Positions 49,105 to 63,891 of a stretch of 64,000 nucleotides of DNA are shown piece by piece. A model generated the notes under the pieces. That model was not told where the DNA came from. It worked only from the letters and a program-made list of their open reading frames with translations, and ran no database searches. This stretch comes from Nemertoderma westbladi (Eukaryota > Animalia > Xenacoelomorpha). Where the stretch lies: positions 61,939 through 125,938 of the forward strand of contig JAUCBJ010001992.1 of the NCBI GenBank assembly GCA_032718475.1, written 5' to 3'. Position numbers and translations under genes: made by a program. Position 1 is the stretch's first letter. Every line of letters begins with the position of its first letter.

Positions 49105-49297
49105 TCCGAGCTTCAACTCGCATTTAGTTGGTGTTATATCCTCGATGTTGGACGAGCTCGATTGCGGTTTCAGTCTGGACTTCGATCAGGATGTCTCTCA
49201 GATGAAATGGAACCTGGACCGACACGTGCGAGTGACCTCTCTCGTTGCTAAGTTCCTGGGCCTGGTAACCTTCGTACCTTATTCGTCAACAACACAG
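49105..49297 (+). CDS. CDAN1: Codanin-1, coding exon 5
   Basis: Acceptor gtgtttcag, donor cag|gtgcga; phase 2-0. FNSHL and LVAKFLGLVTFVPY match FNQHL and LLAKFLGFVAFLPY. Confidence 0.88.
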
Positions 49298-50055
49298 GTG
49301 CGACAGCTTTTAGAAATCGCAATAAACAGCTATGGGCATTTTTTTCATGTTATATACTTAGGGAGGGAGCCCCCCCCCCTCCCTATTTTGGAAATTGACT
49401 TTTTTATCCTATCTAATTGATTTTCTATCTAATCTGATCTGATCTAATCTGATGCTATCTAATCGCCTATTTAATTGAGATTTCCAATCTTCAATCAGTT
49501 TTCTCATATCTTTTCCCAAACTCAAGTTAATAGCTAACACGTTAGAGCTAGTATGATTTTGGACAAGCCTTCGCGAGGCACGATGTTTTACAATTGAATA
49601 AGACCCTTTTCATCAAAAAGACCAAGTAAAGATATGAATAAAATTGCTAAAACGTTGTTTTATTAGAATTATATTTTGTTAATTATATGGGTGAAAAATA
49701 TCGTTGAATTTCATTCATTTTTGACAAAGTTATTGTTGAACAAAGAAAAATGGTTTCTAATATAGCGGGAAGGTTTGAATTGTTCCTTAAACTTTAAACA
49801 CCCAGATATCAGAATGACGTTTTTTCATGAAAAAGGCTGTTTCTCACCAAATGTTAAAGTCCACAGCACCCAAAATGTGAGGTTTAAGTTGTGGTGCTAC
49901 CCCCCCCCCCCCCTCCCCTTAGTGGTAAAAATAATAGAACGATTTTGTCTTGTAACTCAATGTTTCTCATAATATGTTTATGCAGTTTTACTATATTTTT
50001 CTAAAGTTTTATCAATGTGTTATGCATTTAGTTTTGTTACTAACAACTATTTCAG

Positions 50056-50661
50056 GTAGAAGAGCCGCTGCTTTCGTCTTATTTAAATATCAGGAAACGA
50101 GAAACGATCCTATTGGACATTTCCTCGAGGCTGCAGCCAACTGACCAATCATCTCTCTGCTACTGTCTCCCTTGGATTACAAATTATATGATGCAATTAG
50201 ACGGGGTCGCCTATTGGCTACCCGATTACTCCCACGTCGCCTCCCTATTGGTGGACATATACATGGACGTGCCGCGCCGATGGGGTTCCACCCCGATGGG
50301 GGTGTTTATTGCCACGGTTTTGGGTTGGTTGTTCAGCAGCTCGGGTTTCCCGGGTTCGTTGCTAGCGGACGGGTTATCCCGACTCCAACCGACCCCGTTG
50401 CTCCGACGACCGTCGCAGACTACGGAACTCCTCCCCCAGCTAGTCGACTGGTCCCTGGTGCAGTGGTTGTGTCCCGGGTTGCGCTCCCAACAGGCCCGGC
50501 AGCTCGCCACCGCTCGGTCCGTTAGGAGCGGCGACGGGGACGGAGTTCGGAACAAACCGAGGACGATACCGACTCCGGTGGATCGAAGGATCTCGGTATC
50601 GGGTCCGGTGACTCTGGAGCCGTTCAACGGAGGCCGACGGGACCAAGATGACGCTATGCAG
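50056..50661 (+). CDS. CDAN1: Codanin-1, coding exon 6; the gene continues downstream
   Basis: Acceptor tatttcag, donor cag|gttagt; 606 nt, phase 0-0; LPWITNY, VLGWLF, VDWSLVQWLCP and RTIPTP motifs. Confidence 0.86.
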
Positions 50662-51114
50662 GTTAGTTTATAATTTATTCGCTCAAGTTTTCACTTTTTG
50701 CTTCTCAATATTCAATGATTTATTTATACAAATGTTAATTTTATTTCGCTCAGTTCTTTCTAATTTATGCGTAACATTAAGAGTTCCTAATTATTTATTA
50801 ATTATTTTACCATTTTTAATAGATTCCTTCCGTAACATTTAACCCTTCCTTTCCAAGGCAAGAAATACTATTTACCTGATTGTAAAATCTCACTAAATTT
50901 GAAAACTTTAACTAAAACTACCGCCACATTACACTGTTTGCGAATTATTTCTTAATGGGACCATTACTCCTATTGAAGGTGAAATTTTCGAAAATCTACG
51001 AAATCTTCAAAAAAAAATTAATTTATTTTTGTAGTTTGATAGAAGAGCTTTCATGTGGTGAAATCGGTTTTCACTATTGAATAATTTTTTCGCCACAAAA
51101 CCATCACTTATCAT

Positions 51115-54100
51115 CAATCAGTATTTATGTCTGATATTAATGACTCTCTGTATAAAACAACGTTTTATCAACAGTATTTATGTCTGATATTAATGACTCT
51201 CTGTATAAAACAACGTTTTATCAACAGTATTTATGTCTGATATTAATGCCTCTCTGTGTAAAACAACGTTTTATCAACAGTATTTATGTCTGATATTAAT
51301 GCCTCTCTGTATAAAACAACGTTTTATCAACAGTATTTATGTCTGATATTAATGCCTCTCTGTATAAAACAACGTTTTATCAACAGTATTTATGTCTGAT
51401 ATTAATGACTCTCTATGTAAAACAACGTTTTATCAACAGTATTTATGTCTGATATTAATGACTCTCTGTGTAAAACAACGTTTTATCAACAGTATTTATG
51501 TCTGATATTAATGACTCTCTGTATAAAACAACGTTTTATCAACAGTATTTATGTCTGATATTAATGCCTCTCTGTATAAAACAACGTTTTATCAACAGTA
51601 TTTATGTCTGATATTAATGCCTCTCTGTATAAAACAACGTTTTATCAACAGTATTTATGTCTGATATTAATGCCTCTCTGTATAAAACAACGTTTTATCA
51701 ACAGTATTTATGTCTGATATTAATGACTCTCTATGTAAAACAACGTTTTATCAACAGTATTTATGTCTGATATTAATGACTCTCTGTGTAAAACAACGTT
51801 TTATCAACAGTATTTATGTCTGATATTAATGACTCTCTGTATAAAACAACGTTTTATCAACAGTATTTATGTCTGATATTAATGACTCTCTGTATAAAAC
51901 AACGTTTTATCAACAGTATTTATGTCTGATATTAATGACTCTCTGTATAAAACAACGTTTTATCAACAGTATTTATGTCTGATATTAATGACTCTCTGTA
52001 TAAAACAACGTTTTATCAACAGTATTTATGTCTGATATTAATGACTCTCTGTATAAAACAACGTTTTATCAACAGTATTTATGTCTGATATTAATGACTC
52101 TCTGTATAAAACAACGTTTTATCAACAGTATTTATGTCTGATATTAATGCCTCTCTGTATAAAACAACGTTTTATCAACAGTATTTATGTCTGATATTAA
52201 TGCCTCTCTGTATAAAACAACGTTTTATCAACAGTATTTATGTCTGATATTAATGACTCTCTGTATAAAACAACGTTTTATCAACAGTATTTATGTCTGA
52301 TATTAATGCCTCTCTGTATAAAACAACGTTTTATCAACAGTATTTATGTCTGATATTAATGACTCTCTGTATAAAACAACGTTTTATCAACAGTATTTAT
52401 GTCTGATATTAATGACTCTCTGTATAAAACAACGTTTTATCAACAGTATTTATGTCTGATATTAATGACTCTCTGTATAAAACAACGTTTTATCAACAGT
52501 ATTTATGTCTGATATTAATGACTCTCTGTATAAAACAACGTTTTATCAACAGTATTTATGTCTGATATTAATGCCTCTCTGTATAAAACAACGTTTTATC
52601 AACAGTATTTATGTCTGATATTAATGACTCTCTGTATAAAACAACGTTTTATCAACAGTATTTATGTCTGATATTAATGACTCTCTGTATAAAACAACGT
52701 TTTATCAACAGTATTTATGTCTGATATTAATGACTCTCTGTATAAAACAACGTTTTATCAACAGTATTTATGTCTGATATTAATGCCTCTCTGTATAAAA
52801 CAACGTTTTATCAACAGTATTTATGTCTGATATTAATGACTCTCTGTATAAAACAACGTTTTATCAACAGTATTTATGTCTGATATTAATGACTCTCTGT
52901 ATAAAACAACGTTTTATCAACAGTATTTATGTCTGATATTAATGACTCTCTGTATAAAACAACGTTTTATCAACAGTATTTATGTCTGATATTAATGCCT
53001 CTCTGTATAAAACAACGTTTTATCAACAGTATTTATGTCTGATATTAATGACTCTCTGTATAAAACAACGTTTTATCAACAGTATTTATGTCTGATATTA
53101 ATGACTCTCTGTATAAAACAACGTTTTATCAACAGTATTTATGTCTGATATTAATGACTCTCTGTATAAAACAACGTTTTATCAACAGTATTTATGTCTG
53201 ATATTAATGACTCTCTGTATAAAACAACGTTTTATCAACAGTATTTATGTCTGATATTAATGACTCTCTGTATAAAACAACGTTTTATCAACAGTATTTA
53301 TGTCTGATATTAATGACTCTCTGTATAAAACAACGTTTTATCAACAGTATTTATGTCTGATATTAATGACTCTCTGTATAAAACAACGTTTTATCAACAG
53401 TATTTATGTCTGATATTAATGACTCTCTGTATAAAACAACGTTTTATCAACAGTATTTATGTCTGATATTAATGACTCTCTGTATAAAACAACGTTTTAT
53501 CAACAGTATTTATGTCTGATATTAATGACTCTCTGTATAAAACAACGTTTTATCAACAGTATTTATGTCTGATATTAATGCCTCTCTGTATAAAACAACG
53601 TTTTATCAACAGTATTTATGTCTGATATTAATGACTCTCTGTATAAAACAACGTTTTATCAACAGTATTTATGTCTGATATTAATGACTCTCTGTATAAA
53701 ACAACGTTTTATCAACAGTATTTATGTCTGATATTAATGCCTCTCTGTGTAAAACAACGTTTTATCAACAGTATTTATGTCTGATATTAATGACTCTCTG
53801 TATAAAACAACGTTTTATCAACAGTATTTATGTCTGATATTAATGACTCTCTGTATAAAACAACGTTTTATCAACAGTATTTATGTCTGATATTAATGAC
53901 TCTCTGTATAAAACAACGTTTTATCAACAGTATTTATGTCTGATATTAATGCCTCTCTGTATAAAACAACGTTTTATCAACAGTATTTATGTCTGATATT
54001 AATGACTCTCTGTATAAAACAACGTTTTATCAACAGTATTTATGTCTGATATTAATGACTCTCTGTATAAAACAACGTTTTATCAACAGTATTTATGTCT

Positions 54101-57100
54101 GATATTAATGCCTCTCTGTATAAAACAACGTTTTATCAACAGTATTTATGTCTGATATTAATGACTCTCTGTATAAAACAACGTTTTATCAACAGTATTT
54201 ATGTCTGATATTAATGCCTCTCTGTATAAAACAACGTTTTATCAACAGTATTTATGTCTGATATTAATGACTCTCTGTATAAAACAACGTTTTATCAACA
54301 GTATTTATGTCTGATATTAATGACTCTCTGTATAAAACAACGTTTTATCAACAGTATTTATGTCTGATATTAATGCCTCTCTGTATAAAACAACGTTTTA
54401 TCAACAGTATTTATGTCTGATATTAATGACTCTCTGTATAAAACAACGTTTTATCAACAGTATTTATGTCTGATATTAATGCCTCTCTGTATAAAACAAC
54501 GTTTTATCAACAGTATTTATGTCTGATATTAATGCCTCTCTGTATAAAACAACGTTTTATCAACAGTATTTATGTCTGATATTAATGACTCTCTGTATAA
54601 AACAACGTTTTATCAACAGTATTTATGTCTGATATTAATGACTCTCTGTATAAAACAACGTTTTATCAACAGTATTTATGTCTGATATTAATGCCTCTCT
54701 GTATAAAACAACGTTTTATCAACAGTATTTATGTCTGATATTAATGACTCTCTGTGTAAAACAACGTTTTATCAACAGTATTTATGTCTGATATTAATAC
54801 CTCTCTGTGTAAAACAACGTTTTATCAACAGTATTTATGTCTGATATTAATGACTCTCTGTGTAAAACAACGTTTTATCAACAGTATTTATGTCTGATAT
54901 TAATGACTCTCTGTATAAAACAACGTTTTATCAACAGTATTTATGTCTGATATTAATACCTCTCTGTGTAAAACAACGTTTTATCAACAGTATTTATGTC
55001 TGATATTAATGACTCTCTGTATAAAACAACGTTTTATCAACAGTATTTATGTCTGATATTAATGACTCTCTGTATAAAACAACGTTTTATCAACAGTATT
55101 TATGTCTGATATTAATGACCTCTCTGTGTAAAACAACGTTTTATCAACAGTATTTATGTCTGATATTAATGACTCTCTGTATAAAACAACGTTTTATCAA
55201 CAGTATTTATGTCTGATATTAATGACTCTCTGTATAAAACAACGGTTTATCAACAGTATTTATGTCTGATATTAATACCTCTCTGTGTAAAACAACGTTT
55301 TATCAACAGTATTTATGTCTGATATTAATGACTCTCTGTATAAAACAACGTTTTATCAACAGTATTTATGTCTGATATTAATGACTCTCTGTATAAAACA
55401 ACGTTTTATCAACAGTATTTATGTCTGATATTAATGACTCTCTGTATAAAACAACGTTTTATCAACAGTATTTATGTCTGATATTAATGACTCTCTGTAT
55501 AAAACAACGTTTTATCAACAGTATTTATGTCTGATATTAATACCTCTCTGTGTAAAACAACGTTTTATCAACAGTATTTATGTCTGATATTAATGCCTCT
55601 CTGTATAAAACAACGTTTTATCAACAGTATTTATGTCTGATATTAATGCCTCTCTGTATAAAACAACGTTTTATCAACAGTATTTATGTCTGATATTAAT
55701 GACTCTCTGTGTAAAACAACGTTTTATCAACAGTATTTATGTCTGATATTAATGACTCTCTGTATAAAACAACGTTTTATCAACAGTATTTATGTCTGAT
55801 ATTAATACCTCTCTGTGTAAAACAACGTTTTATCAACAGTATTTATGTCTGATATTAATGACTCTCTGTATAAAACAACGTTTTATCAACAGTATTTATG
55901 TCTGATATTAATGACTCTCTGTATAAAACAACGTTTTATCAACAGTATTTATGTCTGATATTAATGACTCTCTGTGTAAAACAACGTTTTATCAACAGTA
56001 TTTATGTCTGATATTAATGACTCTCTGTATAAAACAACGTTTTATCAACAGTATTTATGTCTGATATTAATGCCTCTCTGTGTAAAACAACGTTTTATCA
56101 ACAGTATTTATGTCTGATATTAATGACTCTCTGTATAAAACAACGTTTTATCAACAGTATTTATGTCTGATATTAATGCCTCTCTGTATAAAACAACGTT
56201 TTATCAACAGTATTTATGTCTGATATTAATGACTCTCTGTATAAAACAACAGTATTTATGTCTGATATTAATGCCTCTCTGTATAAAACAACGTTTTATC
56301 AACAGTATTTATGTCTGATATTAATGCCTCTCTGTATAAAACAACGTTTTATCAACAGTATTTATGTCTGATATTAATGACTCTCTGTATAAAACAACGT
56401 TTTATCAACAGTATTTATGTCTGATATTAATGCCTCTCTGTATAAAACAACGTTTTATCAACAGTATTTATGTCTGATATTAATGACTCTCTGTATAAAA
56501 CAACAGTATTTATGTCTGATATTAATGCCTCTCTGTATAAAACAACGTTTTATCAACAGTATTTATGTCTGATATTAATGCCTCTCTGTATAAAACAACG
56601 TTTTATCAACAGTATTTATGTCTGATATTAATGACTCTCTGTATAAAACAACAGTATTTATGTCTGATATTAATGCCTCTCTGTATAAAACAACGTTTTA
56701 TCAACAGTATTTATGTCTGATATTAATGACTCTCTGTATAAAACAACGTTTTATCAACAGTATTTATGTCTGATATTAATGACTCTCTGTATAAAACAAC
56801 AGTATTTATGTCTGATATTAATGCCTCTCTGTATAAAACAACGTTTTATCAACAGTATTTATGTCTGATATTAATGACTCTCTGTATAAAACAACGTTTT
56901 ATCAACAGTATTTATGTCTGATATTAATGCCTCTCTGTATAAAACAACGTTTTATCAACAGTATTTATGTCTGATATTAATGACTCTCTGTATAAAACAA
57001 CGTTTTATCAACAGTATTTATGTCTGATATTAATGCCTCTCTGTATAAAACAACGTTTTATCAACAGTATTTATGTCTGATATTAATGACTCTCTGTATA

Positions 57101-60100
57101 AAACAACGTTTTATCAACAGTATTTATGTCTGATATTAATGACTCTCTGTATAAAACAACAGTATTTATGTCTGATATTAATGACTCTCTGTATAAAACA
57201 ACGTTTTATCAACAGTATTTATGTCTGATATTAATGACTCTCTGTATAAAACAACGTTTTATCAACAGTATTTATGTCTGATATTAATGACTCTCTGTAT
57301 AAAACAACGTTTTATCAACAGTATTTATGTCTGATATTAATGACTCTCTGTGTAAAACAACGTTTTATCAACAGTATTTATGTCTGATATTAATGACTCT
57401 CTGTGTAAAACAACGTTTTATCAACAGTATTTATGTCTGATATTAATGACTCTCTGTGTAAAACAACGTTTTATCAACAGTATTTATGTCTGATATTAAT
57501 GACTCTCTGTGTAAAACAACGTTTTATCAACAGTATTTATGTCTGATATTAATGACTCTCTGTATAAAACAACGTTTTATCAACAGTATTTATGTCTGAT
57601 ATTAATGACTCTCTGTGTAAAACAACGTTTTATCAACAGTATTTATGTCTGATATTAATGACTCTCTGTGTAAAACAACGTTTTATCAACAGTATTTATG
57701 TCTGATATTAATGACTCTCTGTATAAAACAACGTTTTATCAACAGTATTTATGTCTGATATTAATGACTCTCTGTGTAAAACAACGTTTTAACAACAGTA
57801 TTTATGTCTGATATTAATGCCTCTCTGTATAAAACAACGTTTTATCAACAGTATTTATGTCTGATATTAATGACTCTCTGTATAAAACAACGTTTTATCA
57901 ACAGTATTTATGTCTGATATTAATGACTCTCTGTATAAAACAACGTTTTATCAACAGTATTTATGTCTGATATTAATGACTCTCTGTATAAAACAACGTT
58001 TTATCAACAGTATTTATGTCTGATATTAATGCCTCTCTGTATAAAACAACGTTTTATCAACAGTATTTATGTCTGATATTAATGCCTCTCTGTATAAAAC
58101 AACGTTTTATCAACAGTATTTATGTCTGATATTAATGACTCTCTGTATAAAACAACGTTTTATCAACAGTATTTATGTCTGATATTAATGACTCTCTGTA
58201 TAAAACAACGTTTTATCAACAGTATTTATGTCTGATATTAATGACTCTCTGTATAAAACAACGTTTTATCAACAGTATTTATGTCTGATATTAATGACTC
58301 TCTGTATAAAACAACGTTTTATCAACAGTATTTATGTCTGATATTAATGCCTCTCTGTATAAAACAACGTTTTATCAACAGTATTTATGTCTGATATTAA
58401 TGACTCTCTGTATAAAACAACGTTTTATCAACAGTATTTATGTCTGATATTAATGACTCTCTGTATAAAACAACGTTTTATCAACAGTATTTATGTCTGA
58501 TATTAATGACTCTCTGTATAAAACAACGTTTTATCAACAGTATTTATGTCTGATATTAATGACTCTCTGTATAAAACAACGTTTTATCAACAGTATTTAT
58601 GTCTGATATTAATGACTCTCTGTATAAAACAACGTTTTATCAACAGTATTTATGTCTGATATTAATGACTCTCTGTATAAAACAACGTTTTATCAACAGT
58701 ATTTATGTCTGATATTAATGCCTCTCTGTATAAAACAACAGTATTTATGTCTGATATTAATGACTCTCTGTATAAAACAACAGTATTTATGTCTGATATT
58801 AATGACTCTCTGTATAAAACAACGTTTTATCAACAATGCCTCTCTGTATAAAACAACGTTTTATCAACAGTATTTATGTCTGATATTAATGACTCTCTGT
58901 ATAAAACAACGTTTTATCAACAGTATTTATGTCTGATATTAATGACTCTCTGTATAAAACAACGTTTTATCAACAGTATTTATGTCTGATATTAATGCCT
59001 CTCTGTATAAAACAACGTTTTATCAACAGTATTTATGTCTGATATTAATGCCTCTCTGTATAAAACAACGTTTTATCAACAGTATTTATGTCTGATATTA
59101 ATGCCTCTCTGTATAAAACAACGTTTTATCAACAGTATTTATGTCTGATATTAATGACTCTCTGTATAAAACAACGTTTTATCAACAGTATTTATGTCTG
59201 ATATTAATGCCTCTCTGTATAAAACAACGTTTTATCAACAGTATTTATGTCTGATATTAATGCCTCTCTGTATAAAACAACGTTTTATCAACAGTATTTA
59301 TGTCTGATATTAATGCCTCTCTGTATAAAACAACGTTTTATCAACAGTATTTATGTCTGATATTAATGCCTCTCTGTATAAAACAACGTTTTATCAACAG
59401 TATTTATGTCTGATATTAATGACTCTCTGTATAAAACAACGTTTTATCAACAGTATTTATGTCTGATATTAATGCCTCTCTGTATAAAACAACGTTTTAT
59501 CAACAGTATTTATGTCTGATATTAATGCCTCTCTGTATAAAACAACGTTTTATCAACAGTATTTATGTCTGATATTAATGCCTCTCTGTATAAAACAACG
59601 TTTTATCAACAGTATTTATGTCTGATATTAATGACTCTCTGTATAAAACAACGTTTTATCAACAGTATTTATGTCTGATATTAATGACTCTCTGTATAAA
59701 ACAACGTTTTATCAACAGTATTTATGTCTGATATTAATGCCTCTCTGTATAAAACAACGTTTTATCAACAGTATTTATGTCTGATATTAATGACTCTCTG
59801 TGTAAAACAACGTTTTATCAACAGTATTTATGTCTGATATTAATACCTCTCTGTGTAAAACAACGTTTTATCAACAGTATTTATGTCTGATATTAATGAC
59901 TCTCTGTGTAAAACAACGTTTTATCAACAGTATTTATGTCTGATATTAATGACTCTCTGTATAAAACAACGTTTTATCAACAGTATTTATGTCTGATATT
60001 AATGACCTCTCTGTGTAAAACAACGTTTTATCAACAGTATTTATGTCTGATATTAATGACTCTCTGTATAAAACAACGTTTTATCAACAGTATTTATGTC

Positions 60101-61090
60101 TGATATTAATGACTCTCTGTATAAAACAACGTTTTATCAACAGTATTTATGTCTGATATTAATGACTCTCTGTATAAAACAACGTTTTATCAACAGTATT
60201 TATGTCTGATATTAATGACTCTCTGTATAAAACAACGTTTTATCAACAGTATTTATGTCTGATATTAATGACTCTCTGTATAAAACAACGTTTTATCAAC
60301 AGTATTTATGTCTGATATTAATGACTCTCTGTATAAAACAACGTTTTATCAACAGTATTTATGTCTGATATTAATGCCTCTCTGTATAAAACAACGTTTT
60401 ATCAACAGTATTTATGTCTGATATTAATGACTCTCTGTATAAAACAACGTTTTATCAACAGTATTTATGTCTGATATTAATGACTCTCTGTATAAAACAA
60501 CGTTTTATCAACAGTATTTATGTCTGATATTAATGACTCTCTGTATAAAACAACGTTTTATCAACAGTATTTATGTCTGATATTAATGACTCTCTGTATA
60601 AAACAACGTTTTATCAACAGTATTTATGTCTGATATTAATGACTCTCTGTATAAAACAACGTTTTATCAACAGTATTTATGTCTGATATTAATGACTCTC
60701 TGTGTAAAACAACGTTTTATCAACAGTATTTATGTCTGATATTAATGACTCTCTGTATAAAACAACGTTTTATCAACAGTATTTATGTCTGATATTAATG
60801 CCTCTCTGTATAAAACAACGTTTTATCAACAGTATTTATGTCTGATATTAATGACTCTCTGTGTAAAACAACGTTTTATCAACAGTATTTATGTCTGATA
60901 TTAATGACTCTCTGTATAAAACAACGTTTTATCAACAGTATTTATGTCTGATATTAATGCCTCTCTGTATAAAACAACGTTTTATCAACAGTATTTATGT
61001 CTGATATTAATGACTCTCTGTGTAAAACAACGTTTTATCAACAGTATTTATGTCTGATATTAATGCCTCTCTGTATAAAACAACGTTTTT
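51115..61090. repeat. 53-bp AT-rich satellite, about 190 near-identical copies (about 10 kb), downstream of CDAN1 exon 6
   Basis: Unit tcaacagtatttatgtctgatattaatgactctctgtataaaacaacgtttta; few variant sites; occasional 42-bp deletion units. Confidence 0.98.
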
Positions 61091-62405
61091 CTCAGTTTGT
61101 CGTTTTCGAAATTTTTCATCACTAAATTCCCTACGACTTTTTTTTATTTTTCATTCAATTTTCTTATACCAAAATGGGATACTAACCAACAGAAACTAAA
61201 TAAATTGGAGATGTGCGCTGTTGCAACTGTAATTAAAGGTGTAATATTCTGGTTTTGTTCAAAAGTGGAAAAATTGAGAAAGCGCGTCACCGGGGAATCT
61301 AATTTTATTTATTTGTGGGGAATTATATCGCACTCCGATATAAAGTTAGAAAATATGTCGCCCTGGAGATTTGGTAGTGCGAAATTATTTCTACACAAAT
61401 AAATAAAAGATATATTCATATCTATGTCCATTGTGCCAAACTTCAACCCAGGTGGTACTAATTGGGGTTTCTGGGGCGCTAAATACAACAAAACATGTTG
61501 TATGGTTACACAGACATGCGAAGGATTACTTTTCGGCCCCACTTGAATAACGAATATAACGGTAAGTAAGGGAGGTGTTACCAAAATTTAAACTCTAAAA
61601 TGTAACCATCGAATTCACCACGCGGAGAAACCTAGTAGTTGACATTTTTATTGACACATTATGTTTTTTTTAGTCTGTTTGGAAAATGTGCTATTTGTAT
61701 TTTTCGTGCAGGTCGGTGCACCAAAATCAGCCGGTGGTCTTAATATTCATTAATTTCAGAGCTCAAAAATGAATTCGAAATTCAGCATACCCGAGAACAT
61801 AAATAGACAGTTTTTGGATACTGAAATCTGTGTTTCAAAGATTTTCAAAAAATTCACAACTTAACATTTTCGTGCTGCATCGTCTACCGGTGTAGGAGGC
61901 CCTACCAAAATTTGAATATCTGAAAAATGCAACCATCGAATTCAGGATGCAGGAAAACCTAGTATTTGACAATTATTATGTTTTGTATTTTCGAAAAAAT
62001 GTGACTACTTGTTTATTTTGTGCCGTAGTTCAACCACTGGAAAAGGTCAGAAGAAATTATAAATTGAACAAATGAATTCGGCGCATGCGAAAACCTCCAT
62101 CCTGGGGCTATTTCGTAAGATTCATACATTTTGATAGGGTTAAAACAAAAATTCACCGATATGTATTAAATATATTACACGATGAGCATAATTGTATACT
62201 CTTTCTGGGGATTTACGCGTCAAAACTGCTCGTAAAAAAACAGAAAACAGTGCCACAGAGATTCAGTCCATGAAGTGGGGTAACCAGGGCGGTTTGTGTT
62301 GCTAGTCTGTTTATACACTCCAATTCGCGGTTTCAGTCTGCAAGGCACGTCCATTTCCCACACACATCCCCCAAAGTACTTCTTTATTGTATATTTTCCA
62401 TTTAA

Positions 62406-63891
62406 CCCTTAAACTGGTGAAAACTCATATATGAGTTTTGGGAGGGCCAATTCCACTTGGGGGAATTTTTCTAATGGTAGTATCTGACTTGGTCAGTTTT
62501 TCTGATGTATAAATAATGTAAATATCTTAGTAATTAACATAATAACTCATTAAGTAATTTTCAGCTTGTATTTTTAAGTTTCCTGATAACCCCCCCACCC
62601 CCCTTGTGAAATTGTTTGAACAAAAACATTGAAATGATTCAGTTAATTCAATTAATATTCTTCACTAATTAAAAAATCTTAAATACATGGGCTATCGTTT
62701 CGTTCGTCACTCTAGAAAGTATTATTCTAACCAAAACAATAAATCAGACTCGATAGCACATGTTACAGATTAATTGTTAATTGTAGACTAGTAATCAGCT
62801 GTAACTAAGGATCTAATGTTTATATTCATTACATTCACATTATTTACATAACATACATACATACATACTTACATACATACATTATTTCTCAGGATCTATC
62901 GAGTAACGACCAAAGGACCTATGACGCATTACCTGACATACATTATACATAATTAGCGATGGTCATAATGATGTCCTGCGTTGTTTTTATGTCGGTAGAG
63001 TTGCACCACCCCCCCCCCCCCCCCCCCCCCCCCCTCCCCAATATAGCTTTTTGGCTTCGTCACAGATAGCCATTGGATGATGTACCATTTTACAGTAGCC
63101 ATTATGTTTCTCCAATAGAACTACAAAATATTTCGATAAGTGCGGTGACGCAGTGACCTAACGATGCAGTACTTCTGATACAGTACCTAATGCCATTTAG
63201 ACATAATAACTGGGGTGTGATGACCGATGAGTGTAAACTGAAAAGTCTAAAACATTACAGTATATTTTAGCCCAATGAACACCAGATAAGGGAGTCTTTC
63301 GACGCAAACAAAATTAATTCCTTTCCAGGGGAATATCGACACAAATAACAGCTGATTACTCCCAAAAATAAAACTGTAACCTGTTCTATTTAGTTTAGTT
63401 TATTGTTTTGATTAGAATAGCATGCCACTCTAATCTGCTCATTTCCCTTTGAATTGGTATTTTATCATTGAGGCGAGATATTAATTCGCCGAGTAAGAAT
63501 TTTCGTCAAATCCCCCCACCCCCCCCCCCCCCCCCCCCTGTCTCATGAACACATAAAAATCTGTCTATCTCTACTAGTAATAATACACTGGAATTATCAA
63601 TCACCAAATCTCCGGCTCCGGCTCCGGCCGGAGCTCATATTGTAACCCGGAGGAACCTCCGGGCTCCGCTCCGGATGAAATTTAGCTCTGTTGCATCCCT
63701 AGCCGAAACTCATATGTGAGTGAACCAAGTCAGAACGGTTTTACTATAAACTCATATATGAGTTTTCTTATGAGTATCAGAATAGATTGAAGGAAAAGTT
63801 CCCACCAAGTACAACTACTCTCATTAAACTCATATTTGAGTTTTCACCAAGTGGAGATGACGTTTTAGACAAATCCTCACCAATTTAAGGG
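62406..63891 (-). mobile_element. piggyBac-like element, inverted relative to 12717-13430, with different internal content
   Basis: TTAA|cccttaaactggtgaaaactcata ... caagtggagatgacgttttagacaaatcctcaccaatttaaggg are reverse complements of the two ends of the 12717 copy. Confidence 0.7.
63326..63450. mobile_element. Right end of the Kolobok-like family (copy of 24870-24991)
   Basis: caaataacagctgatta...aaaataaaactgtaacctgttctat...tttattgttttg shared with 24886-24960. Confidence 0.7.

Noticed and set aside
16904-63540. Long poly-G/poly-C runs (for example 16904, 17702, 29952, 63010, 63511)
   Set aside because: Simple homopolymers, often within repeat remnants; their lengths are unreliable and no function is evident.
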